This document shows, in pieces, positions 54,116 to 64,000 of a stretch of 64,000 bases of DNA; within the stretch, counting starts at the first letter, position 1, and each line of letters begins with the position of its first letter. A model generated the notes under the pieces. The model was given only the letters and a program-made list of their open reading frames with translations, was not told where the DNA came from and made no database searches. Source of the DNA: Octopus sinensis (lineage: Eukaryota). The DNA is taken from contig NC_043002.1 in the NCBI RefSeq assembly GCF_006345805.1, positions 71,858,001 to 71,922,000 on the forward strand, in the 5' to 3' direction. A program made the translations under genes and the position numbers.

Positions 54116-54991
54116 TACATACTTTGTGTGTGTGTGTGTGTGAGGGAGAGAGAGTGAGAGACAGAGAGAGTGAGAAAGAGAGTGAGAGAGGGTGCGTGAG
54201 GGAGAGAATGCGTGAGGGAGAGAGTGCACTTAACCTAGCAGTTAGGTTGCTGCACTCAAGATCGTGAGATGGTGGTTTCAATTACTGGTGGTTTGTGTTC
54301 CTGAGCAAAATACTTAATCTCAGTCGATCTACAATCATTTCAACATCTGAAATGTGGTACGTCTATTCAGGCATCTGTTCAGGCAACGTCGATTTGATGG
54401 AGGGAGTCGGCTAATGTACATATATGTTCGTCTTTTTCGTTTGTTCTCTTGTTTATTTTTGATTTCTCGTATTTTTATTTAATTCTCGTTATGTATTTTC
54501 GTGTACATGTATCTTTAATTTTGTATTATTTTTTCTTGTATGTATTTTTGTGCAGTTCTTTGTTACGTCCCTTTTTGTGTTACATTTTTCCTGCTCGTTT
54601 ACCCCTCTACGAGTTTATTTTATTTTAATTCTCTCGTAGGAAGGCCTAGCTTGACCTTACGTGTTCTGTCTCTGCCTTCGAAACACGTGTCTGCTAGCGA
54701 CAGCTGATGAAGGGGATTTTTCCTTGTGTAGCATGTCCTGTACATCGTTTTTCTGCTGCACACAATTGTTTTTCCCGTTTTCGTTTTCGTTTCGTCTTGT
54801 TCCACGTCTCTGTCCTTCTGTTGTAACAAAATGTCTTCTCCGTTTTCGTTCTGTTGATTTTTCCGTCTTCTTGTGATGTCCTGTACGTATATATATATTT
54901 ATATATGCATGTATATATACATGTAGATGTCGGTACGTACTATATGTTTGTATGTATGCATATATTTTATTTATATATAATATATATATAT

Positions 54992-55027
<36 letters not shown>

Positions 55028-55029
<2 letters not shown>

Positions 55030-55436
55030 CTCTCTTTTACTTATTTCAGTCATGTGACTGCAGTTATGATGGAGCACCGCCTTTTAGTCGAGCAAATCGA
55101 CCCCAGGACTTATTCTTTGGAAGCCTAGTACTTATTCTATCGGTCTCTTTTGCGGAACCACTAAGTTACGGAGACGTAAACACACCACCATCTGTTGTCA
55201 AGCGATGTTGGGGGGGGGGGCAAACACATACAAACATTTACACACACATACATATATATATACATATATACGACGGGCTTCTTTCAGTTTCCTTCTACCA
55301 AATCCACTCACATGGCTTTGGTCCGCCCGAGGCTATAGTAGAAGACACTTGCGCAAGATACCACACCGTGGGAGTGAACACGAAACTATGTGTTTGGTAA
55401 GCAAGCTACTTATCACACAGCCACTCCTGTGCCTAT
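55028..55436 (-). mobile_element. Group A SINE, followed by a group B head fragment (about 55437-55525, minus strand)
   Basis: Reverse complement of the 32701 copy, then aaagtcgacctcggcggaatttgaactcag. Confidence 0.9.
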
Positions 55437-55974
55437 AAAGCAAAGTCGACCTCGGCGGAATTTGAACTCAGAGCATAAAGACAGACGAAATAACACTAAG
55501 CTTTTCGCCCGGCGTCTAACGTTTCTATGAAAAATGCATTGTAAATAAACGACAGATAAAAAACGAATATGTATACTGAAGGAACAACCGGACGGGGGAC
55601 AGACACAGAGGGTCCCTAATTATCAACCAAATCGCAATACTCGGTTTCGCACCATTAATCATAAGAATGAGAACTTCCCATATTGGTGGTGCAAGAGAAA
55701 GTCGCAGAGAATGTCGGACCTCAAGCAAACAAAACAACACAGAGTGGACATACGAAAGTAAGAAAATGTAATTGAAGACGATGGACAACGACGAAATAAA
55801 TGAGAAACGAGCAAAATACGGCTTTAGGGCCAAAAACGCAAAAATAGTAGGTAATGCTGACAAGAAATCCTAAAGGATATGGAAATAGTAAGAAGAGAAT
55901 GTTTTTGCGACAGATGTGAAAAAGGAAGAGAACGAAGGAAAGCTGGCCAGAGGTCACATGTCAGCAGCAGGTAA

Positions 55975-56014
<40 letters not shown>

Positions 56015-56545
56015 CAGAGAGAAAATAAGGGAAGAAATGAAAGAGGAAAGGCGAACGAGAAAAGCTACAAATACAAATGAGAGGGTGAGAGAGAAACAGA
56101 GAAATGGGGAAAGAGGACAAGCTAGAAATAGAAGTACGGGGGTGAGAGAGAACAGAAGAAAGAGTGAAGGAAGAGCAGTGTCGCACAGAATGTATATAAA
56201 CTTACTGTTTAAAAATTCGGGTGTGAGTGCGTATCGTTATTTAATAAATGAATAACATGGATTTTAAATAAACATACATATAGTAATAAGATGATAACTT
56301 ATTTTACAACACAGAAACGCCGTTAGAACAGCTGAAATATTGGGTAGATTACCCTTAAAGAAAAGCGAAAATTTGAGCGGGATTTGATAAATGAAGGGGA
56401 CAGTACGAGGGGCGATCTGTTTGACCAGCGTCGCCGCGGTGCAATGGCTGAAACAAGTAAAAGAATATATACATATATATATATATGTATGTGTGTGTAT
56501 AAACATATATACACACACACACTCACATATATATATATATATTTA

Positions 56546-56820
56546 TGCTACGTGATCACGTGACCGACAAGACCATCAGATGTTGTTACACATCGCTGGT
56601 CACAATGCGTTCGCATTGTTTTAGCCTTCGAATGACGCCATCCCGTTCGCTAAGCGAGCAGGCCAACAGAAGAAAGAGTGGTGAAAGAGTACAGCAAGGA
56701 TCACCACCCCCTGCCGGAGCCTCGTGGAGCTTTTAGGTGTTTTCGCTCAATAAACACTGACAACGCCCGGTCTGGGAATCGAAATCGCAATCCTACGACC
56801 ACGAGCCGCTGCCCTAACCA
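56546..56820 (-). mobile_element. Group C-type SINE head with a third type of tail
   Basis: Head and middle (ctcaataaacac, ggtgaaagagtacagc) as in 1688-2176; the tail ...ggtcacgtgatcacgtagc is unrelated to the other two. Confidence 0.85.
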
Positions 56821-56841
56821 CACACATATATATATGTATGT

Positions 56842-57470
56842 TGACTTTCATGGGAAACATGTATTTTTGTGGTTGAAACCTTTTGGATTAACTAGTGCTA
56901 GAGTGAGCCATATAGTGACCACTCTCTTTTATTTATTTTGTAAAAATATTATATATATATTATAAATATATAATAATCCGGGTTTCTGGGAGCACTAGGC
57001 CACTTGGTGTTGAATAGATATGCTATTAAATTAGTATCTATTCTCTCACCCTTATTAATAATTATAATTATGCTACATTTTTTCTAAATGTCTTATTTGT
57101 TTTCCGTGAAAGTTTGGCGCGCTGTTAGTTGGGGCATTTGAATTATAACGTCGGATGTAATCAATTGAACCACACGTGTAATTTATCGTTATGGTAAAAT
57201 CTGGCGTGGATTGAGTGGATTTCATCCAAATAGTTTTGGCTGACGAGCTACAAGTGGATTTTTTTGTAAGTAAAATTACATTTAATTCATTAATAGCGAA
57301 ACAATTGTCCCAAAATAATCTGTATTTTTGTTATTTTTTATTTGCCCTGTCCGTGTGAGTTAACAATCGTACTGACTTTCATGGGAAACATGTATTTTTG
57401 TGGTTTGAAAACTTTTGGATTAACTAGTGCTAGAGTGAGCCATATAGTGACCACTCTCTTATATTTATTT
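56842..57470 (+). mobile_element. 531-bp unit with 98-bp terminal direct repeat carrying a hammerhead (retrozyme-like or PLE-derived)
   Basis: 56842-56939 repeats at 57373-57470 (tgactttcatgggaaacatg...ccactctctt); flanked by TA-rich microsatellites. Confidence 0.8.
57233..57316 (+). ncRNA. Canonical type I hammerhead ribozyme motif (family F1)
   Basis: gttttgg CTGACGA gcta (43-nt loop) tagc GAAA c aatt gt C ccaaaat: all core bases intact, stem I 7 bp, stem II 4 bp, palindromic ACAATTGT, GUC site after 57309. Confidence 0.85.
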
Positions 57471-57473
57471 TAA

Positions 57474-57529
<56 letters not shown>

Positions 57530-57532
<3 letters not shown>

Positions 57533-57740
57533 CGCCATGATTGACCGCTAACTCCAAAAGTTTGTTTATTCTCTCTCTCTGTTTATTTCCTTGGGTTCCT
57601 TCCTGTTGAAGAGCGTAAGCTCGAAACGTAAAAGACTTTGTCACGTTCCCGTGCGTCAAACTAAAACACCAGCTTGTTGTTCATACACATGTATTCGTGT
57701 TTAGTTTTTCTGTAAATTTCAACTATATACATAAAGGGGT
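57530..57740 (+). mobile_element. Family F3 element with CUGUUGA hammerhead-like motif (57598-57635)
   Basis: ctgttga a gagc gtaa gctc gaaa cgta aaaga; downstream ttgttcatacac...tttttctgtaaatttcaactat matches the inverse of 17950-18000. Confidence 0.7.
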
Positions 57741-58029
57741 TTGTTTGATTGAGTATAGAGGAATATATTATTCAAAGGAATTGCAACTCTGTCTGTTTTT
57801 TATGTTTTATTTGTATTCTTATGATATCAACGTAGGATATAGAATATATAGTATATATAGTATATATAGTAAAATGAAATGAAGTGATGATTGTTATATT
57901 GAATAGATGAAATATTGAATATCAAGGGACTAGTATACTTTCTTGCATTTAAGCAGTCTTCAAGGTCCCAAGTTGTGACAGGAATGTTTCCCCTGTAGTT
58001 GACTGGCTGTCTTTTGTCCTTTATATACG

Positions 58030-58067
<38 letters not shown>

Positions 58068-58114
58068 CAATAATAAATCTCAGAGCGAGTTATAAACAGT
58101 AGCTACAACACATC

Positions 58115-58253
58115 GTGACGTATATTTGCCATTAAATATGGCTAACCCCTAAGGGAGGATGCTACTGTAGTTTGTGTCTCCTCCTGGGGCTACAAACTAC
58201 AGTAGCATCCACCTTTAGGGGTTAGCCATATTAAAATGGCAAATATACGTCAC
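58115..58253. mobile_element. Near-perfect palindromic MITE (~61-bp arms, 16-nt loop)
   Basis: gtgacgtatatttgccatt...ctactgtagtttgt / acaaactacagtag...aatggcaaatatacgtcac followed by TA. Confidence 0.85.
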
Positions 58254-58259
58254 TATATA

Positions 58260-61600
<3,341 letters not shown>

Positions 61601-61900
61601 TTTAATATTGTGTATTTCGATATCTATTTGTAGCCATGGATATCATTTATAGTCGTTGTCATTCTAGCCATACGCTAATATATAACTTTTTTTTTTTTTA
61701 GTCGCACACGGGACCTGTATATATTAATTGTTCAGGCAAATAGGAAACCGTGAGGTTATATAACACTAATGTATTTTCCAAGATCATTTGCAGTGTGATT
61801 GAAATGAAATAGCATTCGTTGTCTCCACCGTTCCCAAGCTATTTATCTTATTATTTTACAGGTTGTTGAAACATGCAATGCTCAATATGTTAAAATATCC

Positions 61901-62220
61901 TTCTTCTTGACTCCGCCGGTTACGACGACGAGGGTCCCAGCTGATACGATCAACGGAACAGCTTGCTCGTGAAATTAACGTGCAAATGGCTGAGCATTCC
62001 ACAGACACGTGTACACTTAACGTAGTTCTCGGGGATAATCAGCGTGACACAGAGAGTGACAAGGCTGACCCTTTGAAATACAAGTACAACTCATTTTTGC
62101 CAGCTGAGTGGACTGGAGCAACGTGAAATAAAGTGTCTTGCTCAAGGACACAACGCGTCGCCGGGAATCGAACTCACAACCTTACGATCATGAGCCGAAT
62201 GCCCTAACCACTAAGCCACG
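61901..62220 (-). mobile_element. tRNA-headed SINE, group D, best-preserved copy
   Basis: Minus strand gtggcttagtggttagggcattcggctcatgatcgtaaggttgtgagttcgattcccggcgacgcgttgtgtccttgagcaagacacttt...gtaaccggcggagtcaagaagaa. Confidence 0.92.
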
Positions 62221-62750
62221 CTTAGACAGAAAACCATGCTGGCTATGTATGTGTGCTGGTGACAAATTTTCTTGAATTTTGCTGCAGTACTTTGAAATTT
62301 ATCAAAGCGTGTTTTTTCTTTCTTTAATATTTTTGATAGCTCTTTCGATGGATGGATTTATGTGAGTTTACCTAGCACTGATGACATTTCGCTAATTTTA
62401 TAAATTAATTTTTATTGTCTACTATCGGGTTATTTTTTTGATATTTTCAAAGTTTAAATAACCTCCATCATCTATATAAGATGCGTTGTTATAGTTTCTC
62501 CTTCTAAATTAACTTTCATATGTGTTACAAGTTGTTTGCGTTCGGCAAGAGAGGAGTAGGTTTCTGTTTGTTTTCTGTTTGTGACGGTGTCTAAAAGAAG
62601 TCTACAATATATTAAAAAATCAATTTCACGACAGTTTTGAAATATCTGATTGATCACAAATATATTTAGAAAATATTTGGGAATTACTCAAATAATCTTT
62701 ATACAAATATATGTGGGTATACATATAAATATATTTCTATATGTTAAATA

Positions 62751-63440
62751 TATTTATTAATGTTGCTTATACAGCTTGCGGCCACTGACGTTATTATTTT
62801 TATGAATAATAATGGTTTATTTTTTTATATAAATTTATAAATATTTCACATAGTTCGCTTGTTTCAATGGTGCTTGGTCACTCAAACGGCTCGGCAAAAG
62901 TGACAACAGAATAAGTACGAAGCTTACAAAGAATAAGTCCTGGGGTCGATTTCGACTAAAGACGGTGTTCCAGCAAGGCCGCAGTCAAATTACTGAAACA
63001 AAAGAAAATATTTATTAATTTTGCCTATATGGCTTTTTATGCTTGCGGCCACTAACGTTACTATTTTTATAAACAACAATGTTCTGTTATATATATATTT
63101 ATAATTCACATAGATCGTTTGTTTCAATGGTGCTTGGGCCCTCAAACGAACATAGGCATGATAGAGTGAATTTTAGTAATTGTTAGTAGTAGATCTGGTT
63201 AAATATAATTGAGTGCCTTTGGCGCTAAATTCGAAATCAATATATCAAATTAACTGATGTTCTTTCTGCACCCTCTGCGGAGGTAATACACAATTCTTAT
63301 TCACTTAAATTTTTTCCTATCATGCCTGAGGCTTCGAATTTAGTGACTCCTATATTTATTTTGCCTGTACGGTTTTTATGCTTGCGGTCACTAACATTAT
63401 TACTTTTATGAATAATAATGTTCTTTTATGTATATATATA
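62751..63440. repeat. Three diverged local copies of a 90-140-bp unit
   Basis: gcttgcgg.cact.ac.tta.ta.ttttat.aa.aa.aatg at 62776, 63041 and 63381; a group A 3' fragment (about 62885-63005) lies between the first two. Confidence 0.8.
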
Positions 63441-64000
63441 TAGTGGCCTCGATAGTAAATGGAACCAAAACACTATGATATTTTGGGGCATTGACTGTCA
63501 TCGAAATGTCAGCTTCGAGTATTCCGTGTATCATGTCTTTGCCTAAATTACCCGTTCGTTAAGTTTTCGTTCAGTTTTCCGTTTGCTCTTCTTTCGTCTA
63601 ACGTCTCCGTGTTGTATTCTTTCTGTTCAACCCTTGATATATGTACATACATTCGCCATGTTGGACTGCTGAACTATACACGTTTCTTTTTTTCATTCTC
63701 TTGTTCCTCTCTGACATGAACTCGCCGTAAAGTATCTGATTGAGCACACAAAATGTTCAGTAGTTAGTCCACACCCGTAGCTAACAGTTGCATACTGTTT
63801 TTCTCTTCCAGATTGTGAAAGCTTACCATAATATTTAACCTAAGAACTGTGTAATTTTAAGATTTCATTTTTGGCGGGGCATATATGGGTTAATTCTTTG
63901 CTCGACTTCTGTATTATATTTGATACACTGGACGTAATTCTCTGGTACGTGTGACACATATATGTTATACGCATACCCATTTTTTTTCAACCACCAGATT

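Noticed and set aside
55560-55700. Minus-strand gcacca...tggtgc gaaac stem
   Set aside because: No CUGANGA upstream of the stem.
63790-63945. Acceptor-like ttctcttccag and donor-like gtacgt
   Set aside because: All three frames close shortly after the acceptor; at most a non-coding exon, and unsupported.

Overview
AT-rich, repeat-saturated animal genomic DNA. The microsatellite load and the SINE/RTE/mariner complement look like an octopus (coleoid cephalopod) genome, but this is pattern recognition, not a database result. I can support no intact protein-coding gene; most ORF-track hits are translations of microsatellites. The window holds four tRNA-headed SINE groups (my labels A-D), a 5'-truncated RTE/BovB-like LINE, other RTE remnants, mariner/Tc1 fossils, MITEs and a Penelope-like RT remnant. 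Three things stand out. (1) At least five unrelated repeat families carry type I hammerhead ribozyme motifs with palindromic stem III. One is fully canonical (57233-57316) inside a 531-bp terminally redundant unit, and one follows a tRNA-like head (23521-23851). (2) A cluster of decayed, apparently single-exon leucine-rich-repeat transmembrane receptor paralogs is absent from the ORF track. (3) A ~4.9/4.5-kb tandem duplication (13183-22567) copied part of that cluster. Coordinates of degenerate repeats are approximate and all alignments were done by eye.
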